Shown in pieces: positions 1-13,439 of a stretch of DNA of 64,000 bases. The notes under the pieces are model-generated. The model worked only from the letters and a program-made list of their open reading frames with translations, did not search any database and was not told where the DNA came from. The first letter of the stretch is position 1. Every line of letters begins with the position of its first letter. Where the stretch lies: NCBI RefSeq assembly GCF_009914755.1, contig NC_060925.1. One strand, written 5' to 3'. The translations under genes and the position numbers were made by a program. The DNA is from the human T2T-CHM13v2.0 reference genome, Homo sapiens.

Positions 1-2960
1 TTGGAACCAGTACCATGATGTTTTGGTTACTGTAGACTTGTAGTATAGTTTGAAGTCAGGTAGTGTGATGCCTGCAGCTTTGTTCTTTTTGCTTAGGATT
101 GTCTTGGCTATATGAGTTCTTTTATGGTTCCATATGAAATTTAAAGTAGTTTTTTCTAGTTCTGTGAAGAAAATCAATGGTAGCTTGAAGGGAATAGCAT
201 TGAATCTATAAATTACTTTGGGCAGTATGGCCATTTTCACGATATTGATTCTTCCTATCCAGGAGCATGGAATGTTTTTTGATTTGTTTGTGTCCTCTCT
301 TATTTCTTTGAGCAGTGGTTTGTAGTTCTTCTTGAAGAGGTCCTTGACATCCCTTGTAAGTTGTTTTCCTAGGTATTTTATTCTCTTTGTAGCAATTGTG
401 AATGGCAGTTCACTCATGATTTGATTCTCTGTTTATCTATTATTGGTGTATAGAAATACTTGTGATTTTTGCACATTTTTTGATTTTGTATCCTGAGACT
501 TTGCTGAAGTTGCTTATCAGCTTAAGGAGTTTTGGGGCTGAGATGATGGAGTTTTCTAAATATACAATCATGTCATCTGCAAACAGAGATAATTTGACTT
601 CCCCTCTTCCTATTTGAATACCCTTTATTTCTTTCCCTTGCCTGATTGCCCTGGCCAGAACTTCCAATACTATTTTGAATAAGAGTGGTGAGAGAGGGCA
701 TCCTTGTCTTGTGCTGGTTCTCAAAGGGAATACTTCCAACTTTTGCCAATTTAGTATGATATTGACTGTGGGTTTGTCATAAATTGCTCTTATTATTTGG
801 AGATATGGTTCATCAATACCTAGTTAATTTAGTGTTTTTAATATGAAGCGGTGTTAAATTTTATCAAAGGCTTCTTTCTGTATCTACTGAGATAATCAAG
901 TTGTTTTTGTCATTGGTTCTGTTTATGTGACGGATTACATTTATTGATTTGCATATGTTGAAGCAGCCTTGCATCCCAGGGATGAAGCCAACTTGATTGT
1001 GGTGGATAAGCTTTTTAATGTGCTGCTGGATTCAGTTTGCCAGTATTTTATTTAGGATTTTCACATCAATATTCATCAGGGATATTGGCCTGAAATTTTC
1101 TTTTTTTGTTTTGTCTCTGCCAGGTTTTGGTATTAGGATGATGCTGGCCTCATAAAATGAGTTAGGGAAGAGTCCTTTTGCTATTGCTTGGAATAGTTTC
1201 AGAAGGAATGGTACAAGCTCCTGTTTGTACCTCTGGTAGAATTCAGCTGTGAATCTTTCTGGTCCTGGGCTTTTTTTTTTTTTTTTTGGTTGGTAGAATT
1301 TTAATTACTGCTTCAATTTCAGAACTTGTTATTGGTCTATTCAGGGATTTGATTTCTCCCTGGTTTAGTGTTGGGATGGCGTATGTGTCCAGGAATTTAT
1401 CCATTTCTTCTGTGTTTTCTAGTTTATTTGCATAGAGGTGTTTATAGTATTCTCTGATGGTAGTTTGTATTTCTGTGGGATCAGTGGTAATATCCCCTTT
1501 ATCATTTTTTATCGTGTCTATTTGATTCTTCCCTCTTTTTCTTTGTTAGTCTGGCTAGTGGTCTATTTTGTTAATCTTTTCAAAAAAACAGCTCCTGGGT
1601 TCATTGATTTTTTTAAGGGTTTTTCGTGTCTCTATCTCCTCCAGTTCTGCTCTGATCTTAGTTATTTCTTGTCTTCTGCTAGCTTTTAAATTTGTCTGCT
1701 CTTGCTTCTCTAGTTCTTTTAATTGTGATGTTAGGGTTTCAATTTTAGATCTTTTCCTGCTTTCTCATGTGGGCATTCAGTGCTATAAATTTCCCTCTAA
1801 ACACTGTTTTAGCTGTGTCCCAGAGATCCTGGTACATTGTGTCTTTGTTCTCATTGGTTTCAAAGAACTTATTTATTTCTGCCTTAATTTCCCCAGAGGG
1901 GCACCCGTCAGATGCCAGCTGGAGCTCTCCTGTAAAAGGGGTCTATCAACCCCTGCTGAGATGTGTCTCCCAGTCAGAAGGCACGGGAGGAGGCAGTCTG
2001 TTCCTTAGCAGAGCTCAGGCACAGTGCTGGGAGATCTGTTACTCTCTTCAGAGCTGGCAGGCAGGAATGTATAAGTCTGCTGAAGCTGCATCCACAGCCA
2101 CCCCTTCCCCCAGGTGCTCTGTCCCAGGGAAATGGGAGTTTTATCTATAAGCCCGTGACTGGGGATGCTGCCTTTCTTTCAGAGATGCACTTCCCAGAGA
2201 GGAGGAATCTAGAGAGGCAGTCTGACTACAGCAGCTTTTCCAAGCTGCACTGGGCTCCATCCAGTCTAAACTTCCTGGTGGCTTTGTTTACACTGTGAGG
2301 GGAAAATTGCCTGGTCAACCCTCAGTAATGCCAGGAGCCCCTCAACCCACTAAGCTGGAGCACCCCAGGTTGACTTCACACTGCTGTGCTGGCAGCCAGA
2401 ATTTCAAGCCAGTGGATCTTAGCTTGCTGGGCTTTGTGGTGGTGGGATCCCCTAATCAAGACCACTTTGCTCCCTGGCTTCAGCCATTTTTCCAGGTGAG
2501 TGAACGGTTCAGTCTCACTGGCATTCCGGGTGTCACTGGGGTACAAAAAATAAAATTCCTGCAGTTAGCTCAGTGTCTGCCCAAATGGCCGCCCAGTTTT
2601 GTGCTTGAAACCCAGGGCCCTTGTGGTGTAGGCACCTGAGGGACTCTCCTGGTCTGTGGGTTGCAAAGACCATGGGGAAAACACAGTATCTTGGCCAGAT
2701 AGCACCATCCTTCACGGCACGGTCCCTCATGGCTTCCCTTGGCTAGGGGAGGGAGTTCCCTTACCCCTTGCCCTTCCCAGGTGAGGTGATGCCCCACCTT
2801 GCTTCTGCTTGCCTTCCGTGGGCTTCACTCACTATCTAACCGTCCCAATGAGATGAACCAGGTACCTCAGTTGGAAATGAAGAAATAACCTGCCTTCTGC
2901 ATTGGTCTCACTGGCAGTTGCAGACCACAGCTGTTCCTATTCAATCATCTTGCCCAGGAA
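1..2960 (-). mobile_element. LINE-1 (L1PA7/8-like), 5'UTR fused to mid-ORF2 by an internal deletion; 3' part runs off the window
   Basis: ORF 440..739 encodes the RT motifs [11 protein letters not shown] and LFADDMIVY. 1892-2960 is antisense L1PA 5'UTR, ending at 'ctgttcctattcaatcatcttg'. Confidence 0.93.
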
Positions 2961-3689
2961 TCTTTTTTTTAGACTCAATTTTTGAATATTATATAAGCTA
3001 AAGGTCCAACTCCATTTTTTTTTTTTTTTTTTGCACGTGGACATCAAATTTTCCCAGAACTATTTGTTGAAAATCTATCTTTTCCCATTGCATGGTCTTG
3101 GCAACCTTGTTAAAAATCATTTGACTATATACAAAAGAATGTGTGTTTCTGGGTTCTCTATTCTATGCCATTGGTAATATATGTCCACCTTTATGCCAGT
3201 ACCACACTTGTTTTGATTATTATAGCTTTGTAGCAAGTATGAGATGTACAATTTTATTCTTCTTTTTAAAGATTATTTTGACCACTAAGGGTGCCTTACA
3301 TTCCATATGAAGTTTAGAATGGATTTTTCTACGGCTGCAAAAAACTCCATTGGGTTTTGATAGAGAGTGCATCGAATCTGGGGATGGCCTTGGTTAGTAT
3401 CTACATTTCAACAGTGTTATGCCTTCAAATCCATGAACGCAAGATATGTTTTCATTTATTTATGTCTTCTTTAATTTTTTCCAGCAATGTTTTATAGTTT
3501 TCAGTGTACAAGTCTTTCACCTCCTTGGTTACATTTATTTCTGAATAATTCACTCTTTTTGATGCTATTGTCAATAGAATTGTTTTCTTAATTTTCATTT
3601 TGATTATTCATTATTAGTATGGAAATGCAACTAATTTTTGTATGTTGATTTTGTATCCAGCAGCTTTGCTGAATTCATTTACAAGATCT

Positions 3690-3726
<37 letters not shown>

Positions 3727-3808
3727 TGTTCTTTAGAGCTTTCTATTCTATACATAAAATTATATTATCTGCAAACTGAGGCAAATTTTTCTTCTTCCTT
3801 TCTAATTC
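2961..3808 (-). mobile_element. Older L1M ORF2 fragment
   Basis: Degenerate antisense ORF2 motifs, e.g. 'gtgtacaagtctttcacctccttggtta' and 'ttgattttgtatcc'. Confidence 0.8.
3693..3724. repeat. (TG)n microsatellite
   Basis: Directly visible. Confidence 0.97.
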
Positions 3809-3809
3809 A

Positions 3810-4550
3810 GATAGAAAAAATAAAAACTAAAACACCACAGTGGTATGTAATTTTATACCCACTAGATTGGCAAAAATTTGAAAAGTTGAAAACACCAAGA
3901 GGTGGCAAGGATATAAAGCAGAAAGAAATGCCATTCATTAATAATAGGAGTATAGTTGGTGCACCCACACTGAATAAATTCAACATTACCTAGTGAATCT
4001 AAACATGTTTACATTTTATGACTAGAAATTTTACTCCTACACATTTACACGCTCTAGAGATAAATTTTTGTATGTGCGTGTAACAAGATACACGTGCAAA
4101 TGTCCAAAGCAAAACTGTCCATGATAGTAAAGAGAAAAAAAAATCTATGGACAATAACATGGAAAAATAAACTATGGCACATTTCTAAAAGAGAAATAAT
4201 GTTAATAAATTACCTATAACATTAACATGGAAAAATTCCAATAGCAAAATTTTAGAGCAGGAGAAGCAAGTCACAGCCTGATACACACACCGTGATAAAG
4301 TTCATATGAAATTTGAAGACAAGTAAAACCGAAAACCTGTTTCTTATGAATTTATATATCAGTGAGAAGTTGTTTAAAAAACAAGAAAATAGTAAAACAA
4401 AATTCAGAATAGTAACTATTTCTGGGGAGTGATCTGGCAGGGCACAAAGAGGGCTTTTCAGTTATTAATGTTCTAGTTTTTAAATTGAGTGGTGAATGCA
4501 AAATGTTTGCTTTGTCATCATTTTCTGAAAGGTTCATGTATTTTAAAAAT
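3810..4550 (+). mobile_element. Ancient L1ME-like 3' end
   Basis: 'tacccactagattggcaaaaattt...ggtggcaaggat' resembles the L1M ORF2 C-terminus and 3'UTR. Confidence 0.65.
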
Positions 4551-5566
4551 TTTCATGTTATAACACATTAAAACTGTTATTATAACACAATATATATTAT
4601 AACACAATAAAAACTGTTAATCCAACAATAAGCTTAAACTTAAAATGTAACAACTACACATTTTCACAAAGAATTCATGCAAATAGACTCTTTGCCAGCA
4701 TGTGGTCTGGCATTAAGTGAGTATCAGGAAACAGACTCTCCTGCAGGTGCTAGCAGGAAAAGCAGAGAGCATTCATGGCAATTGTCCATGGTGATTAAGA
4801 TGCCGTTGAAAAGGGCTGTTCCCAGCACTGAGAATCTCTCCACACCTGTCTACTGCAATTCCAAACCTAAGACAGCAAGCAAGGAACCAGAGTCTAATAC
4901 TTTGATGACCAACAGTCTGAACCCATGATGTGATCAGATGAATGATCACATGGATAAAATGAGTGAAAAGACTATCCTAGAGAACTCAAGAGGTATACTT
5001 GCTTCTTGCCAGTCGTGTCTTTCCACCTTGTTCATAAACCAGTCAAGGGCAAAGTCTGTCTTCTACTTTCTTCTCTTTGTAACTTCTCTTTCCTACCCAG
5101 TGAGCTTTTGAGTAAAAATATTCGATGTCTGTCTAGCGATGGGATAGATTTCTTGATAGATATATAGTCCACTCTAAATAACTAGCTTGGGACATGTTTA
5201 TTTCCCCGTCAGCTGCCTTGGTCAACCCCAAAATGCTGCTATGGTTCAAGGCACTTTGGAAACCTCTTTTTGTAAGTCACACTCATGACACACACAAACA
5301 AATGTACAGAACCAGTCTCTTGACTTTAGAGTCACATCTTCAATTTTACTAAATAGATTTGCTCATTTGGATCAGCACTAGGTTCTCAGGTGCTTGCTTA
5401 GAATAGCAGTGCTTCCCAGAGAAGAATATGTTGTTTCTTTAAGGATATTTCAAGATCATGCCTCAGGCATCAAAAGCAATTCCAATTTAGGGGCATTTAC
5501 TAAAGCTCGTGAACCACTGTGGGTAATAAAAAGAGCCCCAAAGTTGGAGTTACAAGTTCTTCCTAG

Positions 5567-5568
<2 letters not shown>

Positions 5569-5603
<35 letters not shown>

Positions 5604-5625
5604 ATATATATATATATATATACAC

Positions 5626-5676
<51 letters not shown>

Positions 5677-5722
5677 ATATAGAGAAAATATACACATAAA
5701 AATATAAAGAGATATATATATA
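5569..5722. repeat. Compound (TA)n/(GA)n microsatellite
   Basis: Directly visible; it explains the YIYIYI ORFs. Confidence 0.97.
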
Positions 5723-5749
5723 ATAAAGAAAAACTGAAAATAAGAAATA

Positions 5750-5935
5750 GAAGAGGTTCTGAGTTCAGGTCTGCCACTCCCCAGCTGTGTTATCCTGAAC
5801 AGTGGTCTTAGTTTTTCTAGTTCTTAAGATTATTGATCTTTAAGAGTTGATTAACTCTGTTTGGTTGCTGGAAGAATCAAATAAGAGTTATATGAAATTA
5901 CTTTTTAAACTGTTAAGCACTGTACAAACGTAAGA
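5750..5935 (+). mobile_element. MIR/MIR3 SINE remnant
   Basis: 'tctgccactccccagctgtgttatcctgaaca' and the 'gcactgtacaaacgtaag' tail. Confidence 0.55.
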
Positions 5936-6069
5936 AGTCTTAATTACAAACTTACAAAGCAAAAATTGAGTTTCTTTTGTTAGAGATCAGGCTTTGAGGT
6001 TAGAAAAAGAAGATCTAAGTGGTTTTCTAACCTCTTCTAAGAGGTTAGGAAAAAACGGATTCTGAAACT

Positions 6070-6440
6070 ATCTTTACAATGGGGAAGATAAAACACAAAA
6101 ATAAATGACTATAGTGCAAAATGGAAGTAAACATGACATAAAAATGATATGGTTAGGTTCTACAGCAGTTCAGGGGATGAGAAATTCCTTAAAGCTGCAG
6201 GAATCAATGGAAGATTTATGAAGGAAGTGACATTTGATCTGAGCATTGAAGAATGATAGAACTTAATATATGCAGAAGGGAAGATACAGGAAAAGGAAGA
6301 ACAGGCACAAGGAAGACACGGCTTTTACAGAGCAAACTAGCTCTTTGACTAGATTAGAAAGCATGTAAAGACCATTACTGGGCTTAGTGCAAGAAGTTAG
6401 GCAGAACTCAGTCATGGAGGCTTTGAAACCTGGTCATGTA
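6070..6440 (-). mobile_element. L2 remnant
   Basis: Purine-rich 'gaaggaagtgacatttgatctgagcattgaagaatga' is typical of antisense L2. Confidence 0.55.
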
Positions 6441-8029
6441 TGGCACACAGCAGCCTTCCCCTCCAACTCCCTGTGAGTCGTCCTCTGTTCCTAATAGGAT
6501 ACATTCCAGAAAGTTACCATTTCAGGCTCCCCAATCAATGCCACAGGCTTATGTAAATCAGACCTGACACACTGCATCTCTCTGTTTTCTTACCCAGGAC
6601 ATTTCCCTTCTAGACTTGACAGGATCCACAGCCTCAGAGCAGCCCTGAGCACCAAGTTCTCACTTTTGCAGATCTTACCAAGAGATTTGTGGTGTGGCAG
6701 CTTGCCAGGCCCTGATCACTTAGCCAGGAAATCCTGCCATGGGGGAAGGAGTCTAACATGCAGAATCAAGAACGAGCCTCACTTTCCAAAAGCACTGCTA
6801 GAGCATCAGTGCTAAATTGTACTTGACATTTAATTCCAGCTTGGGGCAGTTTTGTGTGAAACTTGACTTCAGTGAGACATTGATCAACGTGAATCTCTTC
6901 ATGAGTTTTGACACAATCAGTTTTCTCCAGTGGATTGGGTGATTGTTAGCTGACTTACAGAAAGGCCTGGGTCACACACAGCTTTCTGTGGGCCTCAAAC
7001 CTGCAGGCAAGGAAGAAATTATGAGAAATTGCTGCTGGCAAGGGATCACCCCCGTCCCTACAGAACATAACCAATAAGAGTCTATGAAGAGCAGGCCCAC
7101 CTTTAATCTCATCAGCTCAGAATCTGGGTTTTTGAGAGACTTAAGGAAATCTAGTTGATTTAGGAAAAGGGAACAAAGTTGGATGAGACTGTTCACTCAA
7201 GTCGTCCTTTATAACCATGACTTGTTGTCTCAAACTTCCTTAACTTACTAGCTTCATCTTTATTTACCTAGAACTGGCTAGAGATGGAAAGAAAAATAAA
7301 GCACTTGATAAGTGTGGATCTGTATAATTTATTGTGAGACTTTGGTCAGTGAACCAACAGGCACTATTGGGTTCTTAGAAGCACTCTGCAGGCAGAACAA
7401 GATTTTAAAACACTAAACCCCACTCTTATAGTGCAAAACTGTCCTGCAACGTGTCAGTTTGAATAATTTTTTGAATTTATATGATTCACAAGAAACAAAA
7501 AGGCTTACTTCTCCAAAAACATGAACTACACCATCAGAAACAATGTCTACATTTGTGCCCAACTCTATGCCCAGTGGTCAGCTCAATGTCTGCTACACGG
7601 TTAGCATTCATTTAAAAAATGTCGAATGCACGAATGAATAATTCAGCTGTCGTATTCCTAATATTGGAGTACTTTTGGTAGTGAGTGTTACTAGAAGTGG
7701 TTCTAGAAAGCTCCCAATAAAAAAAAATAAATACTGACTTATTGGCACACCTGTATATGTCAGCATGGCATAGCATGTATTCAGTATTTCCGAATGACTG
7801 AACTTTGCTTATTCAGTCAATTTGGAATGTCAAGTGACAGGTAAATTTTCAGGTGAGGGAGCAGTCTTAAAGCACCACTGAATGTGCATTCCTAGAGACA
7901 CAGCTGTGATCAGCAAGAAGCAGAGAGACACCCGACTGCAGCATTCCCCAGGGAGTATTGTGCTATCCCCGCTACCAGAGCAACTGAGAGTCTAATAATC
8001 ACACAAGTAACCCCTACCTATCACTCATG

Positions 8030-8368
8030 TGTATTATTTCATTTTCACACCACTGTAAAGTACTACTCGAGACTGGGTAATTTATAAGAAAAGCGGCTTA
8101 ATTGATTCACAGTTCTGCAGACTGTACAGGAAGCATGGATGGAATGTCTCAGAAACTTACAATCATGCAAAGCAGGAGAGAGAGAGTGAAGGGGGAGGTG
8201 CTACACACATTCAACCAACCAGATCTCATGATAACTCTATCACAAGAACAGCATGGGGGTGATCCACTCCCATAAATCAATCACCTAGCAACCAGGCCCC
8301 TCCTTGAACATGAGGAGATTATAATTCAACATGAGATTTGGGTGGGGTCACAGAACAAAATCATATCA
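8030..8368 (-). mobile_element. MSTA-like MaLR solo LTR
   Basis: tgtatt...catatca termini; 'gagactgggtaatttataagaaaag' and 'catgagatttgggtgggg'. Confidence 0.88.
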
Positions 8369-8690
8369 CTATGACTTGAAAGATTGTTAGTAAGAGTGTC
8401 CTTAAGCATGTCTCCTTTTTCTAAATGCACTGGTCATTCTGCATCTTCATGAGGAGATACACCTTTCAATTCTTAAGATGGAGAAGATCTGTGGGGCCTG
8501 AACTAAATGGGCTTTGAATTAATTCTTCAAGAAAAGCTAGGACCTTTCTGACACAGAAACAATTTACCAGAAACTGGCAGATTGTGCAAGATAGGCCAGT
8601 CTCAGTTCTATCACACTTGAGACTCAAGAGCATCTAGTACAAATTAAATTGTATTTTATTAGATTTTTTTAATAAGTTGTATTTTTTTCC

Positions 8691-9102
8691 TGTGGTCAGA
8701 ATGTGTCCCCACCCCTAAATTCGTACCTTGAAATCCTTATCCCCAAAGTGATAAACTTAGAAAGCATGGCATTAGGAGGTGGGGCAATGGCACCCAAGGT
8801 GATAACATTAGGAGGGGAGGGCTTTGGGAGGTCATTAGGTCATGAAGGTGGAGCCCTCATGAATGGGATCAATGCTTCTACAAAAGAGATCTGAGGTAGA
8901 CTCCCATTTCTTACACCATGTGAGGTTGCAGCAAGGAGACTGCTGTTTATGAACCAGTAGAGGGTCCCTCACCATACACTGAATCTGCTGATGCCTTAAC
9001 TTTGCACATTTCAGCCTCTAGAAATGTGAAAAATAAATTTATGTTGTTTATAAGGCACCCAGTTTATGGTATTTTGTTATAGCAGGACAAATGACCTAAG
9101 AC
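8691..9102 (+). mobile_element. MLT1A-like MaLR solo LTR
   Basis: 'ggtggagccctcatgaatgggat' and the 'tatggtattttgttatagca...ctaagaca' end. Confidence 0.85.
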
Positions 9103-9139
9103 ATTTGTAAAACAAATGTCTTCATATTATTTCTTAAAG

Positions 9140-9340
9140 CGGTGGTTTGGAATTAAAAGACATAGATTTCAATCTTGTATATGCCCATCTTGGACATTTT
9201 CTTATTTTTTCTGGCCTGTTTCCTCAGCTATATAAACTGGGTATGATAGCTTTGCTGCCTCCCTTATAGTTTTTATAGGAATTAAATAAGATGATCAATA
9301 TGAAAGCTCATAGGAAACTGTAATTTACTGCACAAATGAA
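9140..9340 (+). mobile_element. MIR SINE remnant
   Basis: Core 'cctgtttcctcagctatataaactgggtatgatag'. Confidence 0.55.
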
Positions 9341-9985
9341 ATACAAGCTTTCATTAGTATATATAAGGTATAGCTTGACAATACAAATAATTCACATTTA
9401 TTACATGATATGTGTTGATACATAATTTTACATATATTGTTGAAAACCTCTAATTAGCGTTGGGTTTTTTATAGATAAGGGATGCTCACCTTAAAGAAAA
9501 GTAGAAATTTAGACCATTCTATTCTCAATATGATCTTCAACAAGTCACTTAGCTTCCTCAAGTATCAATTTCTCCATTTTTAAAATTGGTAAGTCCCCCA
9601 GCCCAAGGATATGGTGAGTGATTGTGTGACCTCCAGAAACCACACTTCTCCCATGGATCTTTGCAGCCCTCGGGTCAGGAGATCCCCTCATGAACCCATT
9701 CCACCAGGGCCTTTGGTCTGACACACATAGCTGCATGAAGTCTTGGCAGAGCAGCTGCTCAGTCATGCAGAGACACCCAGGAGTTTTATATTCTCTGGCT
9801 CTGGGATCCCTGCCAAAGGTGACTGCAACTCAGGCAAGGCAGGAAGTCCATATATGCCACTAGGAAGAGGGCTGGATCCAGGGGGCTGAGCAGTGTCAGT
9901 CTGTGGGCCCCACTGCCATGGAGCCTCACAGAATAAGACCCACTGGCTTGGAATTTCAGCCAGCCCCTAGCAGCAGTGTTGCACC

Positions 9986-10840
9986 TTCCTGGGACAGGAT
10001 GGAGTTCTCGGGGAGAGGGGAAGGCCACCATCTTTGCTGTTTAGATGACTCAGCCATTCCAGCCTGGGGGTTTAGGACAGCCCAAACCAACAGGGGACAG
10101 AAGGGATCCCCCAGCATGGCACAGCTGCTCTACCAAAATGTTGCCAGACTGCCTCTTTAATTGGGATCCTGATCAGTTCCTCATTTCTGGGTGGGACTTC
10201 CCAACCAGAGCTTCTAGCCATCCCTGCTTCTATCTGACAGAATTTTTGTTTCTTCCTGGGACAGAGTTCTCAGGGGAGGGGTGGGCCACCATCTTTGCTG
10301 TTTGGGTGACTCAGTTGATCCAGCCTGTGGGCTTTGGAGAGACCAAGTCAACTGGGACAGAAGTGGTACCCCAGCATGGCACAGCTGCTCTATGAAAGTG
10401 TGGCCAGGCTGCTTCCTTAAGTGGGTCCCCATTCTCTTTCTCTTCACTGGGCAGGACTTTGAACCAGAGCCTCCAGCCACTCCTGCCAATGTTCTCTGGC
10501 CAACAGAGGTCTGAAAACTTCCTGGGACAGAGTTCCTAGAGGGAGATGCAGGCCACCATCTTTGATGTTTTGGCAACTTAGCCATTCTAACCTTCAGGCT
10601 TTGGAAAGCCCAAGCTGACTGGAGGTGGAAGTGGTACCCCAGCACAGCACAGCTGCTCTACAAAAGCATGGCTAGGCTGATTCTTTAAGTGGGGCCCTGA
10701 TCCTATTCCTCCTGACTGGGTGAAACTCCCAACTGGGATCTCCAGACACCTCCTATAGCTGCATTTGGGCTGGCAACAGATCCATACCTCCTGGGACAGA
10801 GCTCCCAGAGGAAAGGGAAGGCTTCCATCTTTGCTATTTC
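9986..10840 (+). repeat. ~267-bp tandem unit (3 copies plus a partial) in the L1 5'UTR
   Basis: 'tcctgggacag...ccatctttg' recurs at 9986, 10253, 10519 and 10788. Confidence 0.9.
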
Positions 10841-11832
10841 ACAGACTTCAGTGGTGATACCTCCAGGTGACAGAAAATCCGAGGTGACTAGGGACTGGAG
10901 TAGATACCCAACAAACCACACAAGCCATGCTGTTAAAAGAAAAACAGACAAAACCTCATCCAAAAGTCAGCAACCTCAAAGACTGAAGGTAGATAAGCCC
11001 ACAAAGATGAGAAGGAATCAGTGAAAGAACACCAAAAACTTAAAAAGCCAGAGTACCCTCTGTCCTCCAAATGACAATATCAACCCTCCAGCAAGGGTTC
11101 AGAACCAGGCTGAAGCTGAGATGACTGAAATGGCAGAAGTAGACTTCAGAATGTGGATTAAAATGATATTCTCTGAGCTAAAAGAGCACATTCTAACTCA
11201 ATGCAAGGAAGCTAAAAATCATGATAAAACATTGCAGGAGCTGACAGTCAAAATAGCCAGTATAGAGAGGAATATAACCAACCTGATACAGCTGAAAAAA
11301 ACAGTACAAGAATTTCATAATTTAATCACAAGTATTAATAGCAGAATAGACCAAGCAAATGAAAGAATCTCAGAACTTGAAGACTATCTTTCTGAAATAA
11401 GACAAGCAGATAAGAATAGAGAAAAAAGAATTAAAAATTAATGAAACCTCTGGGCAATATGGGATTATGTAAAAAGACCAAATCTACAACTACATGGTGT
11501 ACCCAAAAGAGATGGAAAGAATGAAACTAATTTGGGAAACATATTTCAGGATATAATGCATGAGAACTTCCCCAACCTGGCTAGATGGGACAACATTCAA
11601 ATACAGGAAATGCAGAGAAACCCAATACTACATGAGAAGATCATCCCCAAGACACAATCATCAGATTATCCAAGGTCAAAATGTAAAAACAAGCAAACAG
11701 ATAAAACTGTTAAGAACAGTCAGAGAGGAAGGCCGGGTCACCTACAAAGGAAAGCCCATCAGACTAACAGTAGGACTCTCAGCAGAAACCCTACAAGCCA
11801 GAAGAGATTGGCATCCAATATTCAACATTCTT

Positions 11833-12131
11833 TTTCTTTTTTTTTTTTTTTAGAGATGGAGTCTCGCTGTGTCTCCAGGCTGGAATGCAGTGGTGTGATC
11901 TCATCTCACTGCAACCTCTACCTCCCAAGTTCAAGCAATTTTCCTGCCTCAGCCTCCCAAGTAGCTGGAAATATGGGTGTGGACTACCATGCCCAGCTAA
12001 TTTTTGTATTTTTAATATAGGTGGAGTTTTACCATGTTGGCCAAGATCGTCTCGACCTCTTGACCTTGTGATCTGCCCACCTCAGACTCCCAACATGCTG
12101 GGATTACAGGTGTGAGCCACTGCACCTGGCC
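11833..12131 (-). mobile_element. AluS (Sc-like) inserted in L1 ORF1
   Basis: Full dimer with poly(T); TSD TCAACATTCTT at 11822 and 12134. Confidence 0.95.
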
Positions 12132-13439
12132 CCTCAACATTCTTAAAGAAAAGAAATTCCAGCCCAGAATTTCATATCTCACCAAACTAAGTTTCATGAA
12201 TGAAGGAGAAATAAGATTCTTTTCAGACAATCAATGCTGAGGGAATTTGTAACCACCAGATCTGCTTTAGAAGAGTTCCTGAAGGAAGCACTAAATATGG
12301 AAAGGAAAAACCATTACCAGTCACTACAAAAACACACAGAAGTACACAGACCAGTGACACTGTAAAAGAACCACATAAACAAGTCTGCAAAATAACTAGC
12401 TAGCATCAGAATAAAAGGATCAAATCCACATAACCAATAGTAACTTTAAATATAAATGGGCTAAATGTCCCAATTAAAATACACTGTATGGCAAGCTGGA
12501 TGAAGACCCATGACCTATTGGTATGCTGTCTTCAAGAGACCCATCTCACATGCAGTGACACACATAGGCTTAAAATAGAGGGATGGAGGAAAATTTACAA
12601 AGTAAATGAAAAACAGATAAAATCAGGAGTTGCAAACCTAGTTTCTGACAAAACAGACTTTATACCAACAAAGACAAAAAAAAGACAAAGGGCATTACGT
12701 AATGGTAAAGGGTTTGATTCAACAAGAAGAGCTAACTATCCTAAACAGATATGCACCCAAGAGTGGAACACCCAGATTCTTAAAGCAAGTTCCTAGAAAC
12801 CTTCAAAGGGACTTAGACTCCCACATAATGATAGTGGGAGACTTTAACACCCCACTGACAGTACTAGAACACATCATCAAGACAGAAAATTAACAAAGAT
12901 ATTTAGGACCTGAATTCAGCTCTGAATCAAATGGACCTAATAGAGATCTACAAAACTCTCCACCCAAAAAACAACAGAATATATATTTTTCTTATTGTCA
13001 CATGGTGTTTACTCTAAAACTGACCACATAATATGAAGTAAAAAGCACTCCTCAGCAAATGAAAAATAACTGAAATAATAACAAATGGTCTCTCAGACCA
13101 CAGTGCAATCAAATTAAAACTCAAAACTAAGAAATTCACTCAAAACCATACAATTACATGGAAATTCAATAACCTGCTCCTGTATGACTTCTGGGTAAAT
13201 AATAAAATCAAAGCAGAAATCAAGAAGTTCTTTTAAACTAATGAGAACAAAGATAAAATGTACCAGAATCTCTGGGACACAGCTAAGGCAGTGCTAAGAA
13301 AGAAATTATAGCACCAGGCCACCCTGTGGAACCTAGGCCACAGCAACAGGCTCACTTGCATATAGATGTTGGCACTAGGGCTGCCCATGAATCCCAGACT
13401 GCAGCACCAGGTCTTCCTATCTATGGAGCACAGCACTAG

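Larger units (their letters stand above)
9590..13314 (+). mobile_element. Older primate LINE-1 (L1PA13-16-like): 5'UTR, decayed ORF1 and ORF2 endonuclease; 3' part missing
   Basis: ORF1 fragments 11121..11441 and 11560..11853 (TYKGKPIRLT). EN fragments 12488..12893 (CCLQETHL, IVGDFNTPL). Ends abruptly at 13314. Confidence 0.9.

Noticed and set aside
4677-4928. 83-aa plus-strand ORF and a minus-strand acceptor at 4867
   Set aside because: No recognisable product, and no supporting donor or minus-strand poly(A) signal found.
5394-5777. ORFs rich in YI/RE repeats
   Set aside because: Artefacts of the (TA)n/(GA)n microsatellite.
6027-6048. 10-bp perfect inverted repeat CTAACCTCTT-ct-AAGAGGTTAG
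   Set aside because: Short and isolated, with no supporting context.
9986-10840. Regularly spaced repeats as a CRISPR-like array
   Set aside because: Whole ~267-bp units are homologous with no unique spacers, and they lie in an L1 5'UTR of a primate genome.
11885-12115. Alu-derived ORFs here and at 29401, 35154, 40816, 47559 and 50724
   Set aside because: Typical antisense-Alu translations, not evidence of genes.
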